This document shows positions 37,901 to 53,900 of a stretch of DNA of 64,000 nucleotides, piece by piece. The notes under the pieces are model-generated. The model was not told the DNA's origin. It saw nothing but the letters and a program-made list of their open reading frames with translations, and searched no databases. Position numbers and translations under genes: made by a program. Source of the DNA: Nemertoderma westbladi (taxonomy: Eukaryota; Animalia; Xenacoelomorpha); the NCBI GenBank assembly GCA_032718475.1, contig JAUCBJ010008467.1:62001-126000 (forward strand), in the 5' to 3' direction. Numbering within the stretch: the first letter of the stretch is position 1; each line of letters begins with the position of its first letter.

Positions 37901-40900
37901 TGCTCGGCTCGCCCTACAATAATAACATTTGTACTTCAATGCTATGCACCGGCTCGCCCTACAATAATAACATTTGTACTTCAATGCTATGCTCGCCCTA
38001 CAATAATAACATTTGTACTTCAATGCTATGCTCGGGCTCGCCCTACAATAATAACATTTGTACTTCAATGCTATGCTCGCCCTACAATAATAACATTTGT
38101 ACTTCAATGCTATGCTCGCCCTACAATAATAACATTTGTACTTCAATGCTATGCTCGGGCTCGCCCTACAATAATAACATTTGTACTTCAATGCTATGCT
38201 CGACCTACATTAATAACATTTGTACTTCAATGCTATGCTCGCCCTACAATAATAACATTTGTACTTCAATGCTATGCTCGCCCTACAATAATAACATTTG
38301 TACTTCAGTGCTATGCTCGCCCTACAATAATAACATTTGTACTTCAATGCTATGCTCGCCCTACAATAATAACATTTGTACTTCAATGCTATGCTCGGGC
38401 TCGCCCTACAATAATAACATTTGTACTTCAATGCTATGCTCGGGCTCGCCCTACAATAATAACATTTGTACTTCAATGCTATGCTCGCCCTACATTAATA
38501 ACATTTGTACTTCAATGCTATGCTCTTTCTAAAATAATAACATTTATACTTCAATGCTATGTTCGCCCTACAATAATAACATTTGTACTTCAATGCTATG
38601 CTCGGGCTCGCCCTACATTAATAACATTTGTACTTCAATGCTATGCTCGGGCTACAATAATAACATTTGTACTTCAATGCTATGCTCGCCCTAGAATAAT
38701 AACATTTGTACTTCAATGCTATGCTCGCCCTACAATAATAACATTTGTACTTCAATGCTATGCTCGGGCTCGCCCTACATTAATAACATTTGTACTTCAA
38801 TGCTATGCTCGGGCTACAATAATAACATTTGTACTGCAATGCTATGCTCGGGCTCGCGCTACAATAATAACATTTGTACTTCAATGCTTTGCTTGGGCTA
38901 CAATAATAACATTTGTACTTCAATGCTATGCTCGGGCTCGCCCTACAATAATAACATTTGTACTTCAATGCTATGCTCGTGCTACAATAATAACAGTTGC
39001 ACTTCAATGCTATGCTCGCCCTACAATAATAACATTTGTACTTCAATGCTATGCTCGGGCTACAATAATAACATTTGTACTTCAATGCTATGCTCGGGCT
39101 ACAATAATAACATTTGTTCTTTAATGCTATGCTCGCCCTACAATAATAACATTTGCACTTCAATGCTATGCTCGAGCTACAATAATAACATTTGTACTTC
39201 AATGCTATGCTCGGGCTACAATAATAACATTTGTACTTCAATGCTATGCTCGGGCTACTATAATAACATTTGTACTTCAATGCTATGCTCGGGCTACAAT
39301 AATAACATTTGCACTTCAATGCTATGCTTGGGCTCGCCCTACAATAATAACATTTGTACTTCAATGCTATGCTCGGGCTACAATAATAAAATTTGTACTT
39401 CAATGCTATGCTCGGGCTACAATAATAACATTTGTACTTCAATGCTATGCTCGGGCTCGCCCTACAATAATAAAATTTGTACTTCAATGCTATGCTCGGG
39501 CAACAATAATAACATTTGTACTTCAATGCTATGCTCGGGCTACAATAATAACATTTGTACTTCAATGCTATGCTCGGGCTACAATAATAACATTTGTACT
39601 TCAATGCTATGCTCGCCCTACAATAATAACATTTGTACTTCAATGCTATGCTCGGGCTACAATAATAACATTTGTACTTCAATGCTATGCTCGGGCTACA
39701 ATAATAACATTTGTACTTCAATGTTATGCTCGCCCTACAATAATAACATTTGTACTTCAATGCTATGCTCGGGCTACAATAATAACATTTGTACTTCAAT
39801 GCTATGCTCGGGCTACAATAATAACATTTGTACTTCAATGCTATGCTCGGGCTCACCCTACAATAATAATATTTGTACTTCAATGCTATGCTCGGGCTAC
39901 AATAATAATATTTGTACTTCAATGCTATGCTCGGGCTACAATAATAACATTTGTACTTCAATGCTATGCTCGGGCTCGCCCTACAATAATAACATTTGTA
40001 CTTCAATGCTATGCTCGGGCTACAATAATAACATTTGTACTTCAATGCTATGCTCGGGCTCGCCCTACAATAATAACATTTGTACTTCAATGCTATGCTC
40101 GGGCTACAATAATAACATTTGTACTTCAATGCTATGCTCGGGCTACAATAATAACATTTGTACTTCAATGCTATGCTCGCCCTACAATAATAACATTTGT
40201 ACTTCAATGCTATGCTCGGGCTACAATAATAACATTTGTACTTCAATGCTATGCTCGGGCTCGCCCTACAATAATAACATTTGTACTTCAATGCTATGCT
40301 CGGGCTACAATAATAACATTTGTACTTCAATGCTATGCTCGGGCTCGCCCTACAATAATAACATTTGTACTTCAATGCTATGCTCGGGCTACAATAATAA
40401 CATTTGTACTTCAATGCTATGCTCGCCCTACAATAATAACATTTGTACTTCAATGCTATGCTCGGGCTACAATAATAACATTTGTACTTCAATGCTATGC
40501 TCGGGCTCGCCCTACAATAATAACATTTGTACTTCAATGCTATGCTCGGGCTACAATAATAACATTTGTACTTCAATGCTATGCTCGGGCTCGCCCTACA
40601 ATAATAACATTTGTACTTCAATGCTATGCTCGGGCTACAATAATAACATTTGTACTTCAATGCTATGCTCGGGCTACAATAATAACATTTGTACTTCAAT
40701 GCTATGCTCGGGCTCGCCCTACAATAATAACATTTGTACTTCAATGCTATGCTCGGCCGCTACAATAATAACATTTGTACTTCAATGCTATGCTCGGGCT
40801 CGCCCTACAATAATAACATTTGTACTTCAATGCTATGCTCGGGCTACAATAATAACATTTGTACTTCAATGCTATGCTCGGGCTCGCCCTACAATAATAA

Positions 40901-42879
40901 CATTTGTACTTCAATGCTATGCTCGCCCTACAATAATAACATTTGTACTTCAATGCTATGCTCGGGCTACAATAATAACATTTGTACTTCAATGCTATGC
41001 TCGGGCTCCCTACAATAATAACATTTGTACTTCAATGCTATGCTCGCTCTACAATAATAACATTTGTACTTCAATGCTATGCTCGGGCTCGCCCTACAAT
41101 AATAACATTTGTACTTCAATGCTATGCTCGCCCTACAATAATAACATTTGTACTTCAATGCTATGCTCGGCTCGCCCTACAATAATAACATTTGTACTTC
41201 AATGCTATGCTCGGGCTCGCCCTACAATAATATCATTTGTTCTTCAATGCTATGCTCGGGCTCGCCCTACAATAATAACATTTGTACTTCAATGCTATGC
41301 TCGCCCTACAATAATAACATTTGTACTTCAATGCTATGCTCGCCCTACAATAATAACATTTGTACTTCAATGCTATGCTCGGGCTCGCCCTACAATAATA
41401 ACATTTGTACTTCAATTCTATGCTCGACCTACATTAATAACATTTGTACTTCAATGCTATGCTCGCCCTACAATAATAACATTTGTACTTCAATGCTATG
41501 CTCACCCTACAATAATAACATTTGTACTTCAGTGCTATGCTCGCCCTACAATAATAACATTTGTACTTCAATGCTATGCTCGCCCTACTATAATAACATT
41601 TGTACTTCAATGCTATGCTCGGGCTCGCCCTACAATAATAACATTTGTACTTCAATGCTATGCTCGGGCTCGCCCTACAATAATAACATTTGTACTTCAA
41701 TGCTATGCTCGCCCTACATTAATAACATTTGTACTTCAATACTATGCTCTTCCTACAATAATAACATTTGTACTTCAATGCTATGCTCGCCCTACAATAA
41801 TAACATTTGTACTTCAATGCTATGCTCGGGTTACAATAATAACATTTGTACTTCAATGCTATGCTCGGGCTACAATAATAACATTTGTACTTCAATGCTA
41901 TGCTCGGGCTCGCCCTACAATAATAACATTTGTACTTCAATGCTATGCTCGGGCTACAATAATAACATTTGTACTTCAATGCTATGCTCGCCCTACAATA
42001 ATAACATTTGTACTTCAATGCTATGCTCGGGCTACAATAATAACATTTGTACTTCAATGCTATGCTCGGGCTACAATAATAACATTTGTTCTTCAATGCT
42101 ATGCTCGCCCTACAATAATAACATTTGCACTTCAATGCTATGCTCGAGCTACAATAATAACATTTGTACTTCAATGCTATGCTCGGGCTACAATAATAAC
42201 ATTTGTACTTCAATGCTATGCTCGGGCTACTATAATAACATTTGTACTTCAATGCTATGCTCGGGCTACAATAATAACATTTGTACTTCAATGCTATGCT
42301 TGGGCTCGCCCTACAATAATAACATTTGTACTTCAATGCTATGCTCGGGCTACAATAATAAAATTTGTACTTCAATGCTATGCTCGGGCTACAATAATAA
42401 CATTTGTACTTCAATGCTATGCTCGGGCTCGCCCTACAATAATAACATTTGTACTTCAATGCTATGCTCGGGCTACAATAATAACATTTGTACTTCAATG
42501 CTATGCTCGGGCTCGCCCTACAATAATAACATTTGTACTTCAATGCTATGCTCGGGCTACAATAATAACATTTGTACTTCAATGCTATGCTCGGGCTACA
42601 ATAATAACATTTGTACTTCAATGCTATGCTCGCCCTACAATAATAACATTTGTACTTCAATGCTATGCTCGGGCTACAATAATAACATTTGTACTTCAAT
42701 GCTATGCTCGTGCTACAATAATAACATTTGCACTTCAATGCTATGCTCGGGCTCGCCCTACAATAATAATATTTGTACTTCAATGCTATGCTCGGGCTAC
42801 AATAATAATATCTGTACTTCAATGCTATGCTCGGGCTACAATAATAACATTTGTACTTCAATGCTATGCTCGGGCTCGC

Positions 42880-45800
42880 CCTACAATAATAACATTTGTA
42901 CCTCAATGCTATGCTCGGGCTACAATAATAACATTTGTACTTCAATGCTATGCTCGGGCTCGCCCTACAATAATAACATTTGTACTTCAATGCTATGCTC
43001 GGGCTACAATAATAACATTTGTACTTCAATGCTATGCTCGGGCTAAAATAATAACATTTGTACTTCAATGCTATGCTCGCCCTACAATAATAACATTTGT
43101 ACTTCAATGCTATGCTCGGGCTACAATAATAACATTTGTACTTCAATGCTATGCTCGGGCTCGCCCTACAATAATAACATTTGTACTTCAATGCTATGCT
43201 CGGGCTACAATAATAACATTTGTACTTCAATGCTATGCTCGGGCTCGCCCTACAATAATAACATTTGTACTTCAATGCTATGCTCGGGCTACAATAATAA
43301 CATTTGTACTTCAATGCTATGCTCGGGCTACAATAATAACATTTGTACTTCAATGCTATGCTCGGGCTCGCCCTACAATAATAACATTTGAACTTCAATG
43401 CTATGCTCGGGCTCGCCCTACAATAATAACATTTGTACTTCAATGCTATGCTCGGGCTACAATAATAACATTTGTACTTCAATGCTATGCTCGCTCTACA
43501 ATAATAACATTTGTACTTCAATGCTATGCTCGGGCTACAATAATAACATTTGTACTTCAATGCTATGCTCGGGCTACAATAATAACATTTGTACTTCAAT
43601 GCTATGCTCGCCCTACAATAATAACATTTGTACTTCAATGCTATGCTCGGGCTCGCCCTACAATAATAACATTTGTATTTCAATGCTACGCTCGACCTAC
43701 ATTAATAACATTTGTACTTCAATGCTATGCTCGAACTACAATAATAACATTTGTACTTCAATGCTATGCTCGCCCTACAATAATAACATTTGTACTTCAG
43801 TGCTATGCTCGCCCTACAATAATAACATTTGTACTTCAATGCTATGCTCGCCCTACAATAATAACATTTGTACTTCAGTGCTATGCTCGCCCTACAATAA
43901 TAACATTTGTACTTCAATGCTATGCTCGGGCTCGCCCTACAATAATAACATTTGTACCTCAATGCTATGCTCGGGCTACAATAATAACATTTGTACTTCA
44001 ATGCTATGCTCGGGCTCGCCCTACAATAATAACATTTGTACTTCAATGCTATGCTCGGGCTACAATAATAACATTTGTACTTCAATGCTATGCTCGGGCT
44101 AAAATAATAACATTTGTACTTCAATGCTATGCTCGCCCTACAATAATAACATTTGTACTTCAATGCTATGCTCGGGCTACAATAATAACATTTGTACTTC
44201 AATGCTATGCTCGGGCTCGCCCTACAATAATAACATTTGTACTTCAATGCTATGCTCGGGCTACAATAATAACATTTGTACTTCAATGCTATGCTCGGGC
44301 TCGCCCTACAATAATAACATTTGTACTTCAATGCTATGCTCGGGCTACAATAATAACATTTGTACTTCAATGCTATGCTCGGGCTACAATAATAACATTT
44401 GTACTTCAATGCTATGCTCGGGCTCGCCCTACAATAATAACATTTGAACTTCAATGCTATGCTCGGGCTCGCCCTACAATAATAACATTTGTACTTCAAT
44501 GCTATGCTCGGGCTACAATAATAACATTTGTACTTCAATGCTATGCTCGCTCTACAATAATAACATTTGTACTTCAATGCTATGCTCGGGCTACAATAAT
44601 AACATTTGTACTTCAATGCTATGCTCGGGCTACAATAATAACATTTGTACTTCAATGCTATGCTCGCCCTACAATAATAACATTTGTACTTCAATGCTAT
44701 GCTCGGGCTCGCCCTACAATAATAACATTTGTACTTCAATGCTATGCTCGGGCTACAATAATAACATTTGTACTTCAATGCTATGCTCGCCCTACAATAA
44801 TAACATTTGTACTTCAATGCTATGCTCGGGCTCGCCCTACAATAATAACATTTGTATTTCAATGCTACGCTCGACCTACATTAATAACATTTGTACTTCA
44901 ATGCTATGCTCGAACTACAATAATAACATTTGTACTTCAATGCTATGCTCGCCCTACAATAATAACATTTGTACTTCAGTGCTATGCTCGCCCTACAATA
45001 ATAACATTTGTACTTCAATGCTATGCTCGCCCTACAATAATAACATTTGTACTTCAGTGCTATGCTCGCCCTACAATAATAACATTTGTACTTCAATGCT
45101 ATGCTCGGGCTCGCCCTACAATAATAACATTTGTACCTCAATGCTATGCTCGGGCTACAATAATAACATTTGTACTTCAATGCTATGCTCGGGCTCGCCC
45201 TACAATAATAACATTTGTACTTCAATGCTATGCTCGGGCTACAATAATAACATTTGTACTTCAATGCTATGCTCGGGCTAAAATAATAACATTTGTACTT
45301 CAATGCTATGCTCGCCCTACAATAATAACATTTGTACTTCAATGCTATGCTCGGGCTACAATAATAACATTTGTACTTCAATGCTATGCTCGGGCTCGCC
45401 CTACAATAATAACATTTGTACTTCAATGCTATGCTCGGGCTACAATAATAACATTTGTACTTCAATGCTATGCTCGGGCTCGCCCTACAATAATAACATT
45501 TGTACTTCAATGCTATGCTCGGGCTACAATAATAACATTTGTACTTCAATGCTATGCTCGGGCTACAATAATAACATTTGTACTTCAATGCTATGCTCGG
45601 GCTCGCCCTACAATAATAACATTTGAACTTCAATGCTATGCTCGGGCTCGCCCTACAATAATAACATTTGTACTTCAATGCTATGCTCGGGCTACAATAA
45701 TAACATTTGTACTTCAATGCTATGCTCGCTCTACAATAATAACATTTGTACTTCAATGCTATGCTCGGGCTACAATAATAACATTTGTACTTCAATGCTA

Positions 45801-46150
45801 TGCTCGGGCTACAATAATAACATTTGTACTTCAATGCTATGCTCGCCCTACAATAATAACATTTGTACTTCAATGCTATGCTCGGGCTCGCCCTACAATA
45901 ATAACATTTGTATTTCAATGCTACGCTCGACCTACATTAATAACATTTGTACTTCAATGCTATGCTCGAACTACAATAATAACATTTGTACTTCAATGCT
46001 ATGCTCGCCCTACAATAATAACATTTGTACTTCAGTGCTATGCTCGCCCTACAATAATAACATTTGTACTTCAATGCTATGCTCGCCCTACAATAATAAC
46101 ATTTGTACTTCAGTGCTATGCTCGCCCTACAATAATAACATTTGTACTTC
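42880..46150. repeat. Higher-order triplication within the satellite, periods 1056 and 1179 bp
   Basis: Identical 107-aa ORFs at 43068, 44124 and 45303. Shared variants GTACCTC, GGCTAAAAT, TTGAACTT and TCGAACTAC. 1179 = 1056 + 39 + 39 + 45. Boundaries are approximate. Confidence 0.9.
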
Positions 46151-49100
46151 AATGCTATGCTCGCCCTACTATAATAACATTTGTACTTCAATGCTATGCT
46201 CGGGCTCGCCCTACAATAATAACATTTGTACTTCAATGCTATTCTCGGGCTCGCCCTACAATAATAACATTTGTACTTCAATGCTATGCTCGGGCTACAA
46301 TAATAACATTTGTACTTCAATGCTATGCTCGGGTTCGCCCTACAATAATAACATTTGTACTTCAATGCTATGCTCGGGCTACAATAATAACATTTGTACT
46401 TCAATGCTATGCTCGGGCTACAATAATAACATTTGTACTTCAATGCTATGCTCGCCCTATAATAATAACATTTGTACTTCAATGCTATGCTCGGGCTACA
46501 ATAATAACATTTGTACTTCAATGCTATGCTCGGGCTCGCCCTACAATAATAACATTTGTACTTCAATGCTATGCTCGGGCTACAATAATAACATTTGTAC
46601 TTCAATGCTATGCTCGGGCTCGCCCTACAATAATAACATTTGTACTTCAATGCTATGCTCGGGCTACAATAATAACATTTGTACTTCAATGCTATGCTCG
46701 GGCTACAATAATAACATTTGTACTTCAATGCTATGCTCGGGCTCGCCCTACAATAATAACATTTGTACTTCAATGCTATGCTCGGGCTACAATAATAACA
46801 TTTGTACTTCAATGCTATGCTCGCCCTACAATAATAACATTTGTACTTCAATGCTATGCTCGGGCTACAATAATAACATTTGTACTTCAATGCTATGCTC
46901 GGGCTACAATAATAACATTTGTACTTCAATGCTATGCTCGCTCTACAATAATAACATTTGTACTTCAATGCTATGCTCGGGCTCGCCCTACAATAATAAC
47001 ATTTGTACTTCAATGCTATGCTCGCCCTACAATAATAACATTTGTACTTCAATGCTATGCTCGGCTTGCCCTACAATAATAACATTTGTACTTCAATGCT
47101 ATGCTCGGGCTCGCCCTACAATAATAACATTTGTACTTCAATGCTATGCTCGCCCTACAATAATATCATTTGTTCTTCAATGCTATGCTCGGGCTCGCCC
47201 TACAATAATAACATTTGTACTTCAATGCTATGCTCGCCCTACAATAATAACATTTGTACTTCAATGCTATGCTCGCCCTACAATAATAACATTTGTACTT
47301 CAATGCTATGCTCGGGCTCGCCCTACAATAATAACATTTGTACTTCAATTCTATGCTCGACCTACATTAATAACATTTGTACTTCAATGCTATGCTCGCC
47401 CTACAATAATAACATTTGTACTTCAATGCTATGCTCGCCCTACAATAATAACATTTGTACTTCAGTGCTATGCTCGCCCTACAATAATAACATTTGTACT
47501 TCAATGCTATGCTCGCCCTACTATAATAACATTTGTACTTCAATGCTATGCTCGGGCTCGCCCTACAATAATAACATTTGTACTTCAATGCTATGCTCGG
47601 GATCGCCCTACAATAATAACATTTGTACTTCAATGCTATGCTCGCCCTACATTAATAACATTTGTACTTCAATGCTATGCTCTTCCTACAATAATAACAT
47701 TTGTACTTCAATGCTATGCTCGCCCTACAATAATAACATTTGTACTTCAATGCTATGCTCGGGCTACAATAATAACATTTGTACTTCAATGCTATGCTCG
47801 GGCTACAATAATAACATTTGTACTTCAATGCTATGCTCGGGCTCGCCCTACAATAATAACATTTGTACTTCAATGCTATGCTCGGGCTACAATAATAACA
47901 TTTGTACTTCAATGCTATGCTCGCCCTACAATAATAACATTTGTACTTCAATGCTATGCTCGGGCTACAATAATAACATTTGTACTTCAATGCTATGCTC
48001 GGGCTACAATAATAACATTTGTTCTTCAATGCTATGCTCGCCCTACAATAATAACATTTGCACTTCAATGCTATGCTCGAGCTACAATAATAACATTTGT
48101 ACTTCAATGCTATGCTCGGGCTACAATAATAACATTTGTACTTCAATGCTATGCTCGGTCTACTATAATAACATTTGTACTTCAATGCTATGCTCGGGCT
48201 ACAATAATAACATTTGTACTTCAATGCTATGCTCGGGCTCGCCCTACAATAATAACATTTGTACTTCAATGCTATGCTCGGGCTACAATAATAACATTTG
48301 TACTTCAATGCTATGCTCGGGCTACAATAATAACATTTGTACTTCAATGCTATGCTCGGGCTCGCCCTACAATAATAACATTTGTACTTCAATGCTATGC
48401 TCGGGCTACAATAATAACATTTGTACTTCAATGCTATGCTCGGGCTCGCCCTACAATAATAACATTTGTACTTCAATGCTATGCTCGGGCTACAATAATA
48501 ACATTTGTACTTCAATGCTATGCTCGGGCTACAATAATAACATTTGTACTTCAATGCTATGCTCGCCCTACAATAATAACATTTGTACTTCAATGCTATG
48601 CTCGGGCTACAATAATAACATTTGTACTTCAATGCTATGCTCGTGCTACAATAATAACATTTGTACTTCAATGCTATGCTCGGGCTCGCCCTACAATAAT
48701 AACATTTGTACTTCAATGCTATGCTCGGGCTACAATAATAACATTTGTACTTCAATGCTATGCTCGGCCTACAATAATAACATTTGTACTTCAATGCTAT
48801 GCTCGGGCTCGCCCTACAATAATAACATTTGTACTTCAATGCTATGCTCGGGCTACAATAATAACATTTGTACTTCAATGCTATGCTCGGGCTCGCCCTA
48901 CAATAATAACATTTGTACTTCAATGCTATGCTCGGGCTACAATAATAACATTTGTACTTCAATGCTATGCTCGGGCTAAAATAATAACATTTGTACTTCA
49001 ATGCTATGCTCGCCCTACAATAATAACATTTGTACTTCAATGCTATGCTCGCCCTACAATAGTAACATTTGTACTTCAATGCTATGCTCGGGCTCGCCCT

Positions 49101-50909
49101 ACAATAATAACATTTGTACTTCAATGCTATGCTTGCCCTACATTAATAACATTTGTACTTCAATGCTATGCTCGGGCTACAATAATAATATTTGTACTTC
49201 AATGCTATGCTCGGGCTACAATAATAACATTTGTACTTCAATGCTATGCTCGGGCTCGCCCTACAATAATAACATTTGTACTTCAATGCTATGCTCGGGC
49301 TACAATAATAACATTTGTACTTCAATGCTATGCTCGGGCTACAATAATAACATTTGTACTTCAATGCTATGCTCGGGCTACAATAATAACATTTGTACTT
49401 CAATGCTATGCTCGGGCTACAATAATAACATTTGTACTTCAATGCTATGCTCGCCCTACAATAATAACATTTGTACTTCAATGCTATGCTCGGGCTACAA
49501 TAATAACATTTGTACTTCAATGCTATGCTCGGGCTCGCCCTACAATAATAACATTTGTACTTCAATGCTATGCTCGGGCTACAATAATAACATTTGTACT
49601 TCAATGCTATGCTCGGGCTCGCCCTACAATAATAACATTTGTACTTCAATGCTATGCTCGGGCTACAATAATAACATTTGTACTTCAATGCTATGCTCGG
49701 GCTACAATAATAACATTTGTACTTCAATGCTATGCTCGGGCTCGCCCTACAATAATAACATTTGTACTTCAATGCTATGCTCGGGCTACAATAATAACAT
49801 TTGTACTTCAATGCTATGCTCGCCCTACAATAATAACATTTGTACTTCAATGCTATGCTCGGGCTACAATAATAACATTTGTACTTCAATGCTATGCTCG
49901 GGCTCGCTCTACAATAATAACATTTGTACTTCAATGCTATGCTCGGGCTACAATAATAACATTTGTACTTCAATGCTATGCTCGGGCTACAATAATAACA
50001 TTTGTACTTCAATGCTATGCTCGCTCTACAATAATAACATTTGTACTTCAATGCTATGCTCGGGCTCGCCCTACAATAATAACATTTGTACTTCAATGCT
50101 ATGCTCGCCCTACAATAATAACATTTGTACTTCAATGCTATGCTCGGCTCGCCCTACAATAATAACATTTGTACTTCAATGCTATGCTCGGGCTCGCCCT
50201 ACAATAATAACATTTGTACTTCAATGCTATGCTCGCCCTACAATAATAACATTTGTACTTCAATGCTATGCTCGGGCTCGCCCTACAATAATAACATTTG
50301 TACTTCAATGCTATGCTCGCCCTACAATAATAACATTTGTACTTCAATGCTATGCTCGCCCTACAATAATAACATTTGTACTTCAATGCTATGCTCGGGC
50401 TTGCCCTACAATAATAACATTTGTACTTCAATGCTATGCTCGCCCTACAATAATAACATTTGTACTTCAATGCTATGCTCGGCTCGCCCTACAATAATAA
50501 CATTTGTACTTCAATGCTATGCTCGGGCTCGCCCTACAATAATAACATTTGTACTTCAATGCTATGCTCGCCCTACAATAATAACATTTGTACTTCAGTG
50601 CTATGCTCGCCCTACAATAATAACATTTGTACTTCAATGCTATGCTCGCCCTACAATAATAACATTTGTACTTCAATGCTATGCTCGGGCTCGCCCTACA
50701 ATAATAACATTTGTACTTCAATGCTATGCTCGGGCTCGCCCTACAATAATAACATTTGTACTTCAATGCTATGCTCGCCCTACAATAATAACATTTGTAC
50801 TTCAATGCTATGCTCGGGCTCGCCCTACAATAATAACATTTGTACTTCAATGCTATGCTCGCCCTACAATAATAACATTTGTACTTCAATGCTATGCTCG
50901 CCCTACAAT

Positions 50910-53900
50910 AATAACATTTGTACTTCAATGCTATGCTCGGGCTACAATAATAACATTTGTACTTCAATGCTATGCTCGGGCTACAATAATAACATTTGTA
51001 CTTCAATGCTATGCTCGGGCTCGCCCTACAATAATAACATTTGTACTTCAATGCTATGCTCGGGCTACAATAATAACATTTGTACTTCAATGCTATGCTC
51101 GCCCTACAATAATAACATTTGTACTTCAATGCTATGCTCGGGCTCGCCCTACAATAATAACATTTGTACTTCAATGCTATGCTCGGGCTACAATAATAAC
51201 ATTTGTACTTCAATGCTATGCTCGCCCTACAATTATAACATTTCTACGTCAATGCTATGCTCGGGCTCGCCCTACAATAATAACATTTGTACTTCAATGC
51301 TATGCTCGGGCTACAATAATAACATATGTACTTCAATGCTATGCTCGCCCTACAATAGTAACATTTGTACTTCAATGCTATGCTCGGGCTCGCCCTACAA
51401 TAATAACATTTGTACTTCAATGCTATGCTCGCCCTACAATAATAACATTTGTACTTCAATGCTATGCTCGCCCTAGAATAATAACATTTGTACTTCAATG
51501 CTATGCTCAGGCTCGCCCTACAATAATAACATTTGTACTTCAATGCTATGCTCGCCCTACAATAATAACATTTGTACTTCAATGCTATGCTCGCCCTACA
51601 ATAATAACATTTGTACTTCAATGCTATGCTCGGGCTCGCCCTACAATAATAACATTTGTACTTCAATGCTATGCTCGCCCTACAATAATAACATTTGTAC
51701 TTCAATGCTATGCTCGCCCTAGAATAATAACATTTGTACTTCAATGCTATGCTCGCCCTACAATAATAACATTTGTACTTCAATGCTATGCTCGGGCTCG
51801 CCCTACAATAATAACATTTGTATTTCAATGCTACGCTCGACCTACATTAATAACATTTGTACTTCAATGCTATGCTCGCCCTACAATAATAACATTTGTA
51901 CTTCAATGCTATGCTCGCCCTACAATAATAACATTTGTACTTCAGTGCTATGCTCGCCCTACAATAATAACATTTGTACTTCAATGCTATGCTCGCCCTA
52001 CAATAATAACATTTGTACTTCAATGCTATGCTCGGGCTCGCCCTACAATAATAACATTTGTACTTCAATGCTATGCTCGGGCTCGCCCTACAATAATAAC
52101 ATTTGTACTTCAATGCTATGCTCGCCCTACAATAATAACATTTGTACTTCAATGCTATGCTCGGGCTACAATAATAACATTTGTACTTCAATGCTATGCT
52201 CGGGCTACAATAATAACATTTGTACTTCAATGCTATGCTCGGGCTCGCCCTACAATAATAACATTTGTACTTCAATGCTATGCTCGCCCTACAATAATAA
52301 CATTTGTACTTCAATGCTATGCTCGGGCTACAATAATAACATTTGTACTTCAATGCTATGCTCGGGCTACAATAATAACATTTTTACTTCAATGCTATGC
52401 TCGGGCTCGCCCTACAATAATAACATTTGTACTTCAATGCTATGCTCGGGCTCGCCCTACAATAATAACATTTGTACTTCAATGCTATGCTCGGGCTACA
52501 ATAATAACATTTGTACTTCAATGCTTTGCTCGCCCTACAATAATAACATTTGTACTTCAATGCTATGCTCGGGCTCGCCCTACAATAATAACATTTGTAC
52601 TTCAATGCTATGCTCGGGCTACAATAATAACATTTGTACTTCAATGCTATGTTCGCCCTACAATAATAACATTTGTACGTCAATGCTATGCTCGGGCTCG
52701 CCCTACAATAATAACATTTGTACTTCAATGCTATGCTCGGGCTACAATAATAACATTTGTACTTCAATGCTATGCTCGCCCTACAATAGTAACATTTGTA
52801 CTTCAATGCTATGCTCGGGCTCGCCCTACAATAATAACATTTGTACTTCAATGCTATGCTTGCCCTACATTAATAACATTTGTACTTCAATGCTATGCTC
52901 GGGCTACAATAATAATATTTGTACTTCAATGCTATGCTCGGGCTACAATAATAACATTTGTACTTCAATGCTATGCTCGGGCTCGCCCTACAATAATAAC
53001 ATTTGTACTTCAATGCTATGCTCGGGCTACAATAATAACATTTGTACTTCAATGCTATGCTCGGGCTACAATAATAACATTTGTACTTCAATGCTATGCT
53101 CGGGCTACAATAATAACATTTGTACTTCAATGCTATGCTCGGGCTACAATAATAACATTTGTACTTCAATGCTATGCTCGCCCTACAATAATAACATTTG
53201 TACTTCAATGCTATGCTCGGGCTACAATAATAACATTTGTACTTCAATGCTATGCTCGGGCTCGCCCTACAATAATAACATTTGTACTTCAATGCTATGC
53301 TCGGGCTACAATAATAACATTTGTACTTCAATGCTATGCTCGGGCTCGCCCTACAATAATAACATTTGTACTTCAATGCTATGCTCGGGCTACAATAATA
53401 ACATTTGTACTTCAATGCTATGCTCGGGCTACAATAATAACATTTGTACTTCAATGCTATGCTCGGGCTCGCCCTTCAATAATAACATTTGTACTTCAAT
53501 GCTATGCTCGGGCTCGCCCTTCAATAATAACATTTGTACTTCAATGCTATGCTCGGGCTACAATAATAACATTTGTACTTCAATGCTATGCTCGCCCTAC
53601 AATAATAACATTTGTACTTCAATGCTATGCTCGGGCTACAATAATAACATTTGTACTTCAATGCTATGCTCGGGCTCGCTCTACAATAATAACATTTGTA
53701 CTTCAATGCTATGCTCGGGCTACAATAATAACATTTGTACTTCAATTCTATGCTCGGGCTACAATAATAACATTTGTACTTCAATGCTATGCTCGCTCTA
53801 CAATAATAACATTTGTACTTCAATGCTATGCTCGGGCTCGCCCTACAATAATAACATTTGTACTTCAATGCTATGCTCGCCCTACAATAATAACATTTGT

